Source: Ulvibacter algarum
Lineage (GTDB): Bacteria > Bacteroidota > Bacteroidia > Flavobacteriales > Flavobacteriaceae
Reading direction: 5' to 3'
Length of the DNA: 64,000 nucleotides
Assembly: GCA_947488905.1 (NCBI GenBank)
Contig: CANLBJ010000005.1
Location: forward strand, 112,397-176,396
Position numbers and translations under genes: made by a program. Shown piece by piece: positions 8,542-17,980 of this stretch. The stretch's first letter is position 1. The number at the start of each line of letters is the position of its first letter. The notes under the pieces are model-generated. The model was not told the origin of the DNA and did not search any database. It worked only from the letters and a program-made list of their open reading frames with translations.

Positions 8542-9818
8542 AAAAAGTACTGGTCATAACGTATTATTGGCCACCAGCCGGAGGACCTGGCGTACAACGA
8601 TGGTTAAAGTTTGTAAAGTATTTTCCAGAAAATGGTATTGAGCCTTTTGTTTATATTCCTGAGAACCCTCATTATCCTTTAGTAGACGCAAGTTTTACTT
8701 CAGAAATACCCAAGGAAGCCACCATTATCAAACGTCCTATTAGGGAGCCTTACGGGTTGGCAAAATTGTTTTCTAAAAAGGACACACAAAAAATGAGTAG
8801 TGGGATTATTACTCCTAAAAATCCTTCATTGCTTTCTAAATTAATGCTCTATGTGCGAGGTAATTTTTTTATTCCAGATGCTAGAGTAGGGTGGGTAAAG
8901 CCTTCGGTTTCTTACCTTTCAAAATATCTTATTGAGCATAATATAGACACGGTGGTCACTACCGGGCCACCACATAGTTTGCACCTTATTGGGATGCAAC
9001 TTAAAGAAAAATTAGATATCAAGTGGGTAGCAGATTTTAGAGATCCTTGGACAACGATACATTATCACAAGTCTTTAAGATTAACAAAAGCTTCGGCAAA
9101 GAAGCACAAAGATCTGGAGCGTTCTGTTCTAACTTCTGCAGATCAAATTACGGTTACGAGCCCCACAACTAAAAAGGAGTTTGAGGCGATAACCTCAAAA
9201 CCTATTGCCGTTATCACAAATGGTTTTGAAGAACAATCATTTAAAGAAGTAAAGTTAGACTCAAAGTTTTCTATTGCACACATAGGTTCATTATTAACAG
9301 AACGTAACCCAATAGTTTTATGGGAGGTCTTAAAAGAACTCAAAGAAGAAAACAGTGCGTTTAAAAATGATCTTTCTTTAGTTTTTGCGGGTGTAGTAAG
9401 TGATGAAGTCTTTACAAGCTTGAATGACCATGGTTTGCAAGATCAACTAGACGTTAAAGGATATGTATCACACGATGAGGCATTATTATTACAACGCAGC
9501 TCTCAGCTTTTACTATTGTTAGAGATGGATAGGCCAGAGACTAAAGCTATTATACCAGGTAAGTTGTTTGAGTATCTTCAATCTAAACGCCCTATTATCG
9601 CCATTGGCCCAGAGGGGAGTGATATAGAAGGTATTTTAGCAAGCACAAAAAGTGGCGATTTTTTTACACCACAGCATAAAATACAATTGAAAGGGTATAT
9701 CTTAGATTGTTATGAGTATTACTTAAATGAGCAACTGCATACTGTTGGGGCATCAATAGCACATTTCAGCAGGAAAAATCTAACAGAAAAAATGGCATCG
9801 CTTCTACAATCGCTATAA
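8538..9818 (+). CDS. glycosyltransferase family 4 (group 1) protein
   Basis: ORF track. The N-terminus MKKVLVITYYWPPAGGPGVQRW is typical of GT4. An ATGA overlap with the YfhO gene suggests an operon. Confidence 0.75.
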   Translation: MKKVLVITYYWPPAGGPGVQRWLKFVKYFPENGIEPFVYIPENPHYPLVDASFTSEIPKEATIIKRPIREPYGLAKLFSKKDTQKMSSGIITPKNPSLLSKLMLYVRGNFFIPDARVGWVKPSVSYLSKYLIEHNIDTVVTTGPPHSLHLIGMQLKEKLDIKWVADFRDPWTTIHYHKSLRLTKASAKKHKDLERSVLTSADQITVTSPTTKKEFEAITSKPIAVITNGFEEQSFKEVKLDSKFSIAHIGSLLTERNPIVLWEVLKELKEENSAFKNDLSLVFAGVVSDEVFTSLNDHGLQDQLDVKGYVSHDEALLLQRSSQLLLLLEMDRPETKAIIPGKLFEYLQSKRPIIAIGPEGSDIEGILASTKSGDFFTPQHKIQLKGYILDCYEYYLNEQLHTVGASIAHFSRKNLTEKMASLLQSL

Positions 9819-9822
9819 ACGA

Positions 9823-9858
9823 GAAATCCCCGCTTGGCAAATGCCTTACGGGAATTTC
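9823..9858. terminator. hairpin between convergent genes (GAAATCCCCG ... CGGGAATTTC)
   Basis: A 10-bp stem with one mismatch, plus an inner GGCA/TGCC pairing. It lies between the stop at 9818 (+) and the stop at 9883 (-). The U-tracts are weak. Confidence 0.45.
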
Positions 9859-9882
9859 TAACTAACCAACCAAAACTTATTG

Positions 9883-11064
9883 TTATCCTCTGCTTCTTGA
9901 AGAAGTAGATCTTGAGCTTCTACTAGGAGCACTTGTTTTTGTGCGTGATCCTGAGCTTCTCGTTACTGTTTTTCTTGTACTTGAAGGTCTTGAGACACTT
10001 TTTGTACTTTTTCTATTACTAGATGTTTTTGCTACTGTTCTATTTGTTCTAGAAGTACTAGCCTTTGCGGTACGTTGTGCAGGCCTACTTTTTACAGCTG
10101 GACGACTAGCTACTGCTGGTCTGCTCTTTACTGTAGTACGCGTTTTTGACGTCACGCTAGGTCTACTAGTTGTAGAAGGTCTTGTTCTACTATTACTGCT
10201 TATTACATCACGCTTGTTACTTGTAGGTCTGCTAGTTGTAGCAGGTCGAGTACTTGTAGTTGCTTTTCTATTTGTGTTGCTCGCTACTCTTCTGTTAGCT
10301 GTAGCTGCGTTATCTCTTCTATAGTTGTTACCTACTGCTGTATTTGTTCTACGAGGGTTGTAATCTCTATTTACAGTTGCACGACCATCTCTACTATGTA
10401 TTCTGCTTCCAGGTCTGTAAAAGTCTCTTCTTCCGTTATGGTAAGCAACTCTATTTCTATTGCTGTAATAGTTTGTGTGATGGTAATAGCTATATCTAAT
10501 AGGAGTATAATATCTTCTATAAGGATAGTCATACACTACACAACTGTTAAACAGTGGGAAAGAGTAATACGCGTGCCAAGGTCTGTATACATAATAAGGG
10601 TTAAAGGCATTTATAAAACCTGTGTGGTGTGAGTAATAACCGTAGTTGTTATAGTGTACATAAAGTCCACCTACATTTACAATACGCTTATTGTTGTATC
10701 TTATATCTACTTCACCAGCTTGTGTGATTCTACCGTACTCATCATAATAAACCGGCACATCTTCTACTTGAATAATAGCACCATAATCATCATACTGTAC
10801 ATATGCTTCATAATCTTGTCCTCCATTAAAAGAAGCAGTAACGTTAGGTGAGCTTATTGTTACGTTTACATTAGAACCTTGATTAGAACCTATGTAAACA
10901 AAATCAAACTGTCCGTCAGGGAAGATTGAAAATTCTACACCACCTTCAGTAAAGATGAAGCTTTTTCCGTATCCTCTAATTGCATCGTCTTCTACGGTTG
11001 ATGCTGCCGTCGCTGTTAGTCCTATTAATAGGAAACTAAACAAAAGTGCTGTTACTTTTTTCAT
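9883..11064 (-). CDS. secreted protein with Tyr-rich core and extremely basic Ser/Thr/Arg/Pro low-complexity tail
   Basis: ORF track. It has a signal peptide, and its N-terminal domain is paralogous to 11477..12094 (shared FxFxEGGV..DGxFxF and ..HTGFIN blocks). The last 170 aa or so are almost only R, S, T, P, K, N, A and V. Confidence 0.7.
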   Translation of the reverse strand: MKKVTALLFSFLLIGLTATAASTVEDDAIRGYGKSFIFTEGGVEFSIFPDGQFDFVYIGSNQGSNVNVTISSPNVTASFNGGQDYEAYVQYDDYGAIIQVEDVPVYYDEYGRITQAGEVDIRYNNKRIVNVGGLYVHYNNYGYYSHHTGFINAFNPYYVYRPWHAYYSFPLFNSCVVYDYPYRRYYTPIRYSYYHHTNYYSNRNRVAYHNGRRDFYRPGSRIHSRDGRATVNRDYNPRRTNTAVGNNYRRDNAATANRRVASNTNRKATTSTRPATTSRPTSNKRDVISSNSRTRPSTTSRPSVTSKTRTTVKSRPAVASRPAVKSRPAQRTAKASTSRTNRTVAKTSSNRKSTKSVSRPSSTRKTVTRSSGSRTKTSAPSRSSRSTSSRSRG

Positions 11065-11123
11065 AATATTGGGTTTTAAATGGTATAAACTTTTTTTAAG
11101 AAGTTAAATACGATTAGTATAAT

Positions 11124-11138
11124 ACAAGGAGCGTGCCA
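11124..11138 (-). promoter_or_regulatory. sigma-54-like -24/-12 element TGGCACGCTCCTTGT
   Basis: The minus-sense sequence matches TGGCACG-N4-TTGC except at the final C. It lies 59 nt upstream of the ATG at 11064. Confidence 0.5.
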
Positions 11139-11410
11139 AAAACATAAATAGCCCTTTTTACTGGGGTTTTGAGGTGTTTTGTGTGTTTGCTTCAGAAATG
11201 TGATTGGGTGGAAGATGGGTTGTAGATTTAAAAATATCTAAAATGTGAGATGTAAAACTCAAAATGTAAAATGTAAAAGTTAATGGTAGGTTGAGAAATC
11301 TTAAGAGCAGAAATTAATTAAACCTGAAACTTTAAATCTGGAATTTGAAAACCCCAAATCTTTAGTCTTATCTCTTTAGCTAGGCAATCTTGTTTATGTT
11401 CACAAACTAA

Positions 11411-11457
11411 CTGAAAAAGAAAAATCTGCCGTGTTCAAATTGAACAACAGCAGATTT
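11411..11457 (-). terminator. intrinsic terminator downstream of 11477..12094
   Basis: Imperfect hairpin with outer arms AAATCTGC / GCAGATTT, followed on the minus strand by a U-rich run. Confidence 0.55.
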
Positions 11458-11476
11458 TTAAAAACCAACCAAAAAC

Positions 11477-12094
11477 TTATTTACTTTTTCTCTTTCTATC
11501 GTGTTGACGTTCTAGATCATTCCATTCATTATCATTTTTATCTCTACGACCGTCATTATATGAATACCAATCATCGTGCCATTGATTTCTGTTTTCACGA
11601 TTAATAAACCCATGAGTGTCTTTAATTTTACCACGACGGTTATACGTAATGTCCATATTACCAGCTCTCACCATTAGGCCTTTACGGTATCTTAATGGCA
11701 CTTTACCTATTTGTATCACCTTACCATTGCGCTGGTATATAATTTGAGAACCGCCTATTGAGATAATAGTACCACGGCGATCTCTTGCTATTTTAGCACG
11801 ACGCCCTTGGTTATATACAACTTGTGAGCCTCTTCTATTGTTATTATAGTACACTTGTTGTTGCCCTCCGCGACGGTAGCCATTTTGTGATGAGTGCAAG
11901 AACTTAAAACTAAAAGAGCCGTCTGTACTTACCGCATATAGCACACCATTTTCAACAAATGTTATTTCTTGAGCATTGGTATAGCGATTTGTGTTACCCG
12001 GATTAATTGTTACATTTTCCGTATTGGTATTTGTTTCTGCCTGCGTAGTGATCCCTACAAGGAATACTGCTACTAGTAAAAATACTTTTTTCAT
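11477..12094 (-). CDS. secreted Arg/Asn/Gly-rich protein, paralog of the N-terminal domain of 9883..11064
   Basis: Uses the ORF-track frame, with the start moved to the ATG at 12094 (MKKVFLLVAVFLVGITTQA signal peptide). The longer track ORF would begin inside the sigma-54-like element. Confidence 0.65.
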   Translation of the reverse strand: MKKVFLLVAVFLVGITTQAETNTNTENVTINPGNTNRYTNAQEITFVENGVLYAVSTDGSFSFKFLHSSQNGYRRGGQQQVYYNNNRRGSQVVYNQGRRAKIARDRRGTIISIGGSQIIYQRNGKVIQIGKVPLRYRKGLMVRAGNMDITYNRRGKIKDTHGFINRENRNQWHDDWYSYNDGRRDKNDNEWNDLERQHDRKRKSK

Positions 12095-12159
12095 AATATG
12101 TAATTTTGGGTTATATCTCATTAAAAGCGATGAGATGTACGCTATGTGGTTAGTATAAA

Positions 12160-12174
12160 CCAATGAGCGTGCCA
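12160..12174 (-). promoter_or_regulatory. sigma-54-like -24/-12 element TGGCACGCTCATTGG
   Basis: Minus-sense sequence, 65 nt upstream of the ATG at 12094. It shares GGCACGCT-N3-TTG with 11124..11138 and 17893..17907. Confidence 0.5.
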
Positions 12175-12245
12175 AAAAGTTAAAGTCCTGAAAATGTGTA
12201 TTTTAATTTAGTCTTTTTGTAATCTGTGTATCTGAATAGAATAAT

Positions 12246-15023
12246 TTACAACTTCTCCCTTAAATACTGCGCAGTAAAAGATTTCTTGTTTTTAGCTACT
12301 TCTTCTGGAGTTCCAGAAGCTATTAGTTGACCACCTCTAATTCCGCCTTCAAGACCTAAGTCTATAATATAGTCTGCACACTTAATTAAATCTAAGTTGT
12401 GCTCTACTACTATTAAGGTGTGTCCTTTTTCTAATAATGCATAAAAAGAAGCAAGTAGTTTCTGGATGTCATGAAAGTGTAATCCCGTTGTTGGCTCATC
12501 AAATATAAAGAGCGTTTTATCTGGCGAGTCTCCTTTTACTAAAAAACTAGCAAGTTTAATACGCTGTGCTTCACCACCAGATAGGGTAGAGGAGCTTTGC
12601 CCTAATTGTACGTAACCTAAACCAACGTCTTTTAAAGGTTTCAGTTTTTTAGTTATTTTTTTCTCTTCGTGCTTCTCAAAAAAGGCAACGGCATCTTCTA
12701 CGGTCATTGTAAGAATGTCGTCAATGTTTTTATCGTGGAAGGTTACCTCTAGTACTTCTTTCTTAAATCGTTTTCCGTTACAAGTCTCGCAGAGTAACTG
12801 TACGTCTGCCATAAACTGCATCTCTATCGTTACTTCACCTTCTCCTTTACACGTCTCGCAACGACCTCCGTCTACGTTAAAAGAAAAGTGCTTCGCTTTA
12901 TAGTTTCTAATAGTAGATACTTTCTGCTTTGCAAATAAGTTTCTTATATCATCGTATGCTTTAATATACGTAACAGGATTAGAACGAGACGATCTTCCTA
13001 TGGGGTTTTGGTCAATAAACTCAACCGTTTTAATGGTTTTATAATTTCCGGAGAGACCTGAAAATTGTCCTGGTTTTTCACCATAACCGCTAATCTCACG
13101 TTGAATAGCTGGGTATAGTATTTTTTTTACTAATGTACTCTTACCGCTTCCAGAAACTCCCGTTACCGCAGTAAATGATCCCACAGGAAATTGTACATCT
13201 ATATTTTTAAGATTATTCTGTCTTGCGCCTTTTACTTCAATGAAGCTCTTGGTTTTTCGGCGTTTTTTAGGGACTTCTATTTTTAGTTTGCCGTTAAGGT
13301 ATTTTGCAGTGAGAGATTCGCTTTTTAATATTTCAGAAAAAGTACCCGTCGCTACTACTTCACCACCATAGGTTCCTGCCTCTGGACCAATGTCAATAAT
13401 GTCATCTGCAGCTTTCATTATGTCCTCATCATGCTCAACAACAATCACGGTGTTACCTAAATCGCGTAAAGATTTGAGTACTTCAATTAATCGCTCTGTG
13501 TCTTTGGGGTGCAAGCCTATACTAGGTTCGTCAAGAATATACATAGAACCTACAAGGCTAGAACCTAAACTTGTAGCAAGATTAATACGTTGCGATTCTC
13601 CACCCGAGAGCGTGTTAGATTTTCTGTTTAATGTAAGATAACTAAGCCCAACATTCATTAAAAAACCTAGCCTATTATTAATCTCTAATAATAATCTTTT
13701 TGCAATCTGTGTGTCGTATTTGTCGAGTTTCAGTTTTTTGAAAAAAGCAGCTACTTCATCTATAGGTAACTCCACTAGATCTTGAATGGCAACGCCACCC
13801 ACCTTTACAAATTCTGCTTCTGGCCTTAGTCTTCTCCCGTTACAAGTGTTACAGCGAGTCTTACCGCGGTAACGAGACAACATTACTCTGTTTTGTATTT
13901 TATAACTTTTAGATTCTAAAAAACTAAAAAAGGTATTTAGTCCGTCAAAATCTTTGTTCCCATCCCATACTAATTTTTGTTGCGCTGCAGTCAATTCAAA
14001 CCAAGGTTTGTGAATAGGAAAGTCTACTTTATAAGCGTTGTTTACCAGCTGGTCACGATACCAACTCATACTCTCACCACGCCATGGGAAAATTGCGTTG
14101 TCATAAACGCTTAAAGCCGTGTTAGGGATAACTAGTTCTTCATCAATACCAATAACGTCACCATAACCTTCGCAGGTAGGGCAAGCCCCAAAAGGGTTGT
14201 TAAAACTAAATAAGTGCACGTTAGGCTCTACAAAGCTCATACCATCAAGTTCAAACCTATTGTTGAATTCTTTCGTATTTCCGGAGTTAAGATTCTCTAG
14301 ATATAACGTTCCTTTACCTTCGTAAAAAGCAATTTGAGTAGCGTCTGCTAGTCTATTATAAAAATCTTCATCGTGCTTCATTACCACACGATCTACAACA
14401 AGATCAATAGCATTAGAAATATTCTTGCCTTTAAGCTCGTCAATTCTTGTGACAGCTCCTTCTACCTTCACACGAGCATACCCTTGTTGTGCTAAAGCTT
14501 GTAATTTATTCTCCATAGTTCTGCCTTCTTCAAGGTGAATAGGAGCGAGGAGGAGTAGTTTTTCTCCTTCTTTTAAGGTTTTTATATGTTTAATGACATC
14601 TGTAACCGTGTCTTTTTTAACTTCTTGACCAGAAATTGGCGAAATGGTTTTACCAATACGTGTGTACAATAATTTTAAGTAATCGTAAATCTCAGTGGTT
14701 GTCCCTACGGTAGAGCGCGGGTTTGTAGAGTTTACTTTTTGCTCTATGGCTATAGCGGGAGCAATCCCTTTTATGCTATCTACTTTTGGTTTATTTAACC
14801 TGCCCAAAAACTGTCGTGCATAAGAAGAAAGACTTTCTACATAACGGCGTTGTCCCTCTGCATATAGGGTGTCAAAGGCAAGGCTAGATTTTCCACTACC
14901 CGAAAGGCCAGTGATTACAACTAGTTTATTACGCGGTATTGTAACATCAATGTTTTTAAGGTTATGCAATTTTGCACCCTTAATAATGATGTTTTTTTTA
15001 GTGTCTTCTTTCTTTGATGCCAA
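12246..15023 (-). CDS. uvrA: excinuclease ABC subunit A
   Basis: ORF track. It has two ABC ATPase modules ([18 protein letters not shown], two LSGGE signatures) and zinc-finger CxxC pairs. The track start (TTG at 15056) lies inside a -7 promoter box, so I prefer the TTG at 15023 ([24 protein letters not shown]). The exact start remains uncertain. Confidence 0.9.
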   Translation of the reverse strand: MASKKEDTKKNIIIKGAKLHNLKNIDVTIPRNKLVVITGLSGSGKSSLAFDTLYAEGQRRYVESLSSYARQFLGRLNKPKVDSIKGIAPAIAIEQKVNSTNPRSTVGTTTEIYDYLKLLYTRIGKTISPISGQEVKKDTVTDVIKHIKTLKEGEKLLLLAPIHLEEGRTMENKLQALAQQGYARVKVEGAVTRIDELKGKNISNAIDLVVDRVVMKHDEDFYNRLADATQIAFYEGKGTLYLENLNSGNTKEFNNRFELDGMSFVEPNVHLFSFNNPFGACPTCEGYGDVIGIDEELVIPNTALSVYDNAIFPWRGESMSWYRDQLVNNAYKVDFPIHKPWFELTAAQQKLVWDGNKDFDGLNTFFSFLESKSYKIQNRVMLSRYRGKTRCNTCNGRRLRPEAEFVKVGGVAIQDLVELPIDEVAAFFKKLKLDKYDTQIAKRLLLEINNRLGFLMNVGLSYLTLNRKSNTLSGGESQRINLATSLGSSLVGSMYILDEPSIGLHPKDTERLIEVLKSLRDLGNTVIVVEHDEDIMKAADDIIDIGPEAGTYGGEVVATGTFSEILKSESLTAKYLNGKLKIEVPKKRRKTKSFIEVKGARQNNLKNIDVQFPVGSFTAVTGVSGSGKSTLVKKILYPAIQREISGYGEKPGQFSGLSGNYKTIKTVEFIDQNPIGRSSRSNPVTYIKAYDDIRNLFAKQKVSTIRNYKAKHFSFNVDGGRCETCKGEGEVTIEMQFMADVQLLCETCNGKRFKKEVLEVTFHDKNIDDILTMTVEDAVAFFEKHEEKKITKKLKPLKDVGLGYVQLGQSSSTLSGGEAQRIKLASFLVKGDSPDKTLFIFDEPTTGLHFHDIQKLLASFYALLEKGHTLIVVEHNLDLIKCADYIIDLGLEGGIRGGQLIASGTPEEVAKNKKSFTAQYLREKL

Positions 15024-15053
15024 TAGAATTACTTTGTTTTTATAGAGTTTTTG

Positions 15054-15061
15054 CAAAGATA
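15054..15061 (-). promoter_or_regulatory. candidate -7 box TATCTTTG (minus sense) for uvrA
   Basis: The plus strand reads CAAAGATA, the exact reverse complement of TAnnTTTG. Confidence 0.45.
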
Positions 15062-15286
15062 CTATTTAGTAGTGGGAGGTCACACTTGAGAGTTGTCAAT
15101 AATTTTTTTTGAGGAAAGTTTAACATTTTTTTGCGTATGTGAGATTAAAGTTATTATATTTACGACCAAGTAATCACATACATAAAACAGAGGCCTATAG
15201 CATAACAATACTTTAAACACATTTTAAAAAGAACGACTAAGCAACCAAAGCATGAAGTTGTTTCACCTTTTAAAAATAAGTACGTT

Positions 15287-15871
15287 ATGAATAAAACCCC
15301 TAACTCCGATGCGCTTTTAGTGAGTGCATATATGAATGGCGATGAATCTGCACTAGGAGAACTAGTTACACGTCACAAACAGAGAATCTACAGTTTTATA
15401 TACTCTAAAGTGTATAACCGCGATGTCGCAGAAGATGTTTTTCAGGATACATTTATTAAAGTAATTAGAACCCTCAAACGAGGTAAGTATAATGAAGAGG
15501 GTAAATTTTTACCTTGGGTAATGCGTATTGCACATAATCTGGTGATAGATCATTTCAGAAAAAACAATCGTATGCCTAAATTTGAGAACAATGATGATTT
15601 TAATATCTTCTCTGTATTGCACGATGGTTCATTAAATGTAGAAAACAGAATGATTAAATCTCAAGTAGAGAATGATGTTAAAAACTTGATTCACGAGTTG
15701 CCAGATGACCAGAAAGAAGTGCTTGTAATGCGTATTTATAAGGATATGAGTTTTAAGGAGATAAGTGAGCAAACTGGTGTGAGTATTAATACTGCATTAG
15801 GGAGAATGAGATATGCATTAATCAACTTAAGAAAGGTGATTGATAAACATAATATTGTTTTAACAAACTAA
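15287..15871 (+). CDS. RNA polymerase sigma-70 family (ECF-type) sigma factor
   Basis: ORF track. Region 2 (DVAEDVFQDTFIKV) and a region 4 helix-turn-helix (MSFKEISEQTGVSINTALGRMRYAL). Confidence 0.8.
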   Translation: MNKTPNSDALLVSAYMNGDESALGELVTRHKQRIYSFIYSKVYNRDVAEDVFQDTFIKVIRTLKRGKYNEEGKFLPWVMRIAHNLVIDHFRKNNRMPKFENNDDFNIFSVLHDGSLNVENRMIKSQVENDVKNLIHELPDDQKEVLVMRIYKDMSFKEISEQTGVSINTALGRMRYALINLRKVIDKHNIVLTN

Positions 15872-15930
15872 TACAATATTTCATTTTATGTTGCGTTATG
15901 TCTAGGTATTAACCTTTTAACAAATGCAGT

Positions 15931-16080
15931 ATGCCAAAAATGTACTCTCAATCACGACCAGACCACGTGAGTAAAGACAGGGTCCCAAAGAATGAAACAA
16001 TAAATTTTATTCTTAATTATAGTAAGGCTTTAAGTGTTATAAGTTATAAAAATGTGAAGTTTGAAGCACTTCTCAACTAA
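15931..16080 (+). CDS. candidate 49-aa protein downstream of the sigma factor gene
   Basis: Below the track cutoff. Translation is MPKMYSQSRPDHVSKDRVPKNETINFILNYSKALSVISYKNVKFEALLN. It sits between the sigma gene stop and a strong terminator at 16093, so it should be on the same transcript. Confidence 0.35.
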   Translation: MPKMYSQSRPDHVSKDRVPKNETINFILNYSKALSVISYKNVKFEALLN

Positions 16081-16092
16081 ATTTTGTTTAAA

Positions 16093-16121
16093 AACCTGAA
16101 ACGTAAGTTTCAGGTTTTTTT
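16093..16121 (+). terminator. intrinsic terminator
   Basis: AACCTGAAAC-GTAA-GTTTCAGGTT forms a perfect 10-bp stem followed by a T-run. Confidence 0.8.
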
Positions 16122-16241
16122 ATGTCTTGGCCAAAAACTTCTTTAGGCTGTGCTTTAAATAATATGGACGTTACCGTTAGTTAAATACTCCTCGTTTTGT
16201 AGATTGCTTATTCTACGGTTTGAGTCTGTATATTTTACTTA

Positions 16242-16901
16242 CTACTTCCTCTTCTTTTTGTAATACTCTTCAAGTACTGTTTTTCTACCAATAGTCTTTG
16301 TAATAATATCTTTTTCTAAATCCCAACCTCTGGCAGGAGAGTATTGACGACCATACCAGATAATTTGTAGATGAAGGTCATTCCAGGTGTGTTCTGGAAA
16401 TAGTCTTTTTGCGTCTTTTTCTGTTTGTACCACATTTTTACCATTTGTAAGACCCCAACGATACATTAAGCGATGTATGTGAGTGTCTACCGGAAAAGCA
16501 GGAATTCCAAATGCTTGAGAGATAACAACACTCGCCGTTTTATGACCTACAGCAGGAAATTTTTCTAATTCTTCTAGACTTTCTGGTACAATACCATTGT
16601 GATTGTCAATGAGCATATGTGAGAGTCCATGAATCCCTTTTGCTTTCATAGGCGATAGTCCTACAGGTTTTATGATTTCACGTATTTCATCTACGGTGAG
16701 TTTAATCATATCATATGGGTTGTCTGCGACCTCAAATAATAAAGGCGTTATTTTGTTTACACGCACATCTGTACTTTGTGCAGACATTAATACAGCAATG
16801 AGTAGAGTATAAGGGTCTTTGTGGTCTAATGGAATAGGAATTTGAGGATATAGTTCTTTTAACTTAGTAATAACAAAATCTACCTTCTCTTGCTTAGTCA
16901 T
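16242..16901 (-). CDS. nth: endonuclease III family DNA glycosylase (HhH-GPD)
   Basis: ORF track. It has the helix-hairpin-helix GPD motif region (LEKFPAVGHKTASVV..VDTHIHR). There is no C-terminal Cys cluster, so it appears to be an Fe-S-less variant. Confidence 0.8.
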   Translation of the reverse strand: MTKQEKVDFVITKLKELYPQIPIPLDHKDPYTLLIAVLMSAQSTDVRVNKITPLLFEVADNPYDMIKLTVDEIREIIKPVGLSPMKAKGIHGLSHMLIDNHNGIVPESLEELEKFPAVGHKTASVVISQAFGIPAFPVDTHIHRLMYRWGLTNGKNVVQTEKDAKRLFPEHTWNDLHLQIIWYGRQYSPARGWDLEKDIITKTIGRKTVLEEYYKKKRK

Positions 16902-16920
16902 TATCTGTATTTTTGAAGAA

Positions 16921-16928
16921 CAAAGATA
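16921..16928 (-). promoter_or_regulatory. candidate -7 box TATCTTTG (minus sense) for nth
   Basis: The plus strand reads CAAAGATA, 20 nt upstream of the ATG at 16901. Confidence 0.45.
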
Positions 16929-16990
16929 ATAGGAATAGAAATAATAATAGCGGTTTTCGCTTTCGCGGAAATATCAAAAATATATTTAAT

Positions 16991-17443
16991 ATGGACACAC
17001 TAAAAGCAGGGGATAAAGTCCCAAATTTTACAGTAAACGATCAAGACGGAAATAGTATTTCTTTAAGCGATTATGCAGGAAAGAAACTTGTTGTTTTTTT
17101 CTACCCTAAAGCGAGTACGCCAGGTTGCACAGCAGAAGCTTGTGATCTTAGGGATCATTATAAAGAATTGCAAGATGCAGGTTATTCTTTATTAGGTGTA
17201 AGTGCAGATAGCCAAAAACGCCAGAAAAATTTTAAGGAAAAATATGAATTCCCTTTTCCTTTATTAGCAGATGAAGACAAAGAGGTAATTAACGCTTTTG
17301 GGGTTTGGGGTGAGAAGAAATTTATGGGTAAGATATATGATGGTATTCACCGTATGACTTTTATAGTAGATGAAAAAGGAGTTGTAGAACGTGTTATTGA
17401 TAAAGTAAAAACAAAAATCCACGCAAGTCAAATATTAGAATAG
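16991..17443 (+). CDS. bcp: thioredoxin-dependent thiol peroxidase (peroxiredoxin Bcp)
   Basis: Uses the ORF-track frame. The FYPKASTPGCT active site is present. The start is moved from the TTG at 16913 to the ATG at 16991 (MDTLKAGDKVPNF), which gives the usual length of about 150 aa. Confidence 0.85.
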   Translation: MDTLKAGDKVPNFTVNDQDGNSISLSDYAGKKLVVFFYPKASTPGCTAEACDLRDHYKELQDAGYSLLGVSADSQKRQKNFKEKYEFPFPLLADEDKEVINAFGVWGEKKFMGKIYDGIHRMTFIVDEKGVVERVIDKVKTKIHASQILE

Positions 17444-17471
17444 TATATACTTGTTCAATTATAATATTTAA

Positions 17472-17506
17472 AACCAGTAATTTTTACAAAAATTGCTGGT
17501 TTTTTG
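17472..17506 (+). terminator. intrinsic terminator after bcp
   Basis: AACCAGTAATTTTT / AAAAATTGCTGGTT stem with one G-U pair, followed by a T-run. Confidence 0.7.
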
Positions 17507-17892
17507 TTGTTAAACTATATTGTTTCTGAAATGTTCTTTGATCAACATTGTCTCCCTTTATTGTCAAATGTATAATGAAAAGCTAATTGATAAAACTCTT
17601 TTTTACTTTATAAAGGATGATTTAACAGTGTGCAATATATTCTTAAAACACAGTACTATTCTATTAATGTAAATAGGTGCTATTTTCTTATTATAGCGCT
17701 ATAAAAAAGGAGTGAAAAATATTTTTCATCCTTGTTTAAGTAGTTTTGGTGTCCCATGAAGCCTATAAACCTCGATTAAAAGTAAAGAATAATATCCTTT
17801 TGTCCTTAGATCTAGACATGTTGTCGAATACTCCTTGAGCTAGCATTATTTTCTGCTTTCAGGTTCTATCTTTGCACAGGCTCAAGATATAA

Positions 17893-17907
17893 AGGCACGC
17901 TTTTTGG
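17893..17907 (+). promoter_or_regulatory. sigma-54-like -24/-12 element AGGCACGCTTTTTGG
   Basis: Has the same GGCACGCT-N3-TTG core as the two elements at 11124 and 12160. It lies 73 nt upstream of the ATG at 17981. Confidence 0.45.
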
Positions 17908-17980
17908 TTATTTAATAACAGCTTGAAAAGTTAAAATTTACACCTTTTTTTAAGAGCTTTAATTTAATAAAACATACACA

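Noticed and set aside
9941-10851. Plus-strand ORFs 9941-10324, 10396-10632 and 10654-10851
   Set aside because: They are antisense to the basic Ser/Thr/Arg-rich gene. Open frames on the opposite strand are an expected artefact of the biased, repetitive codon composition.
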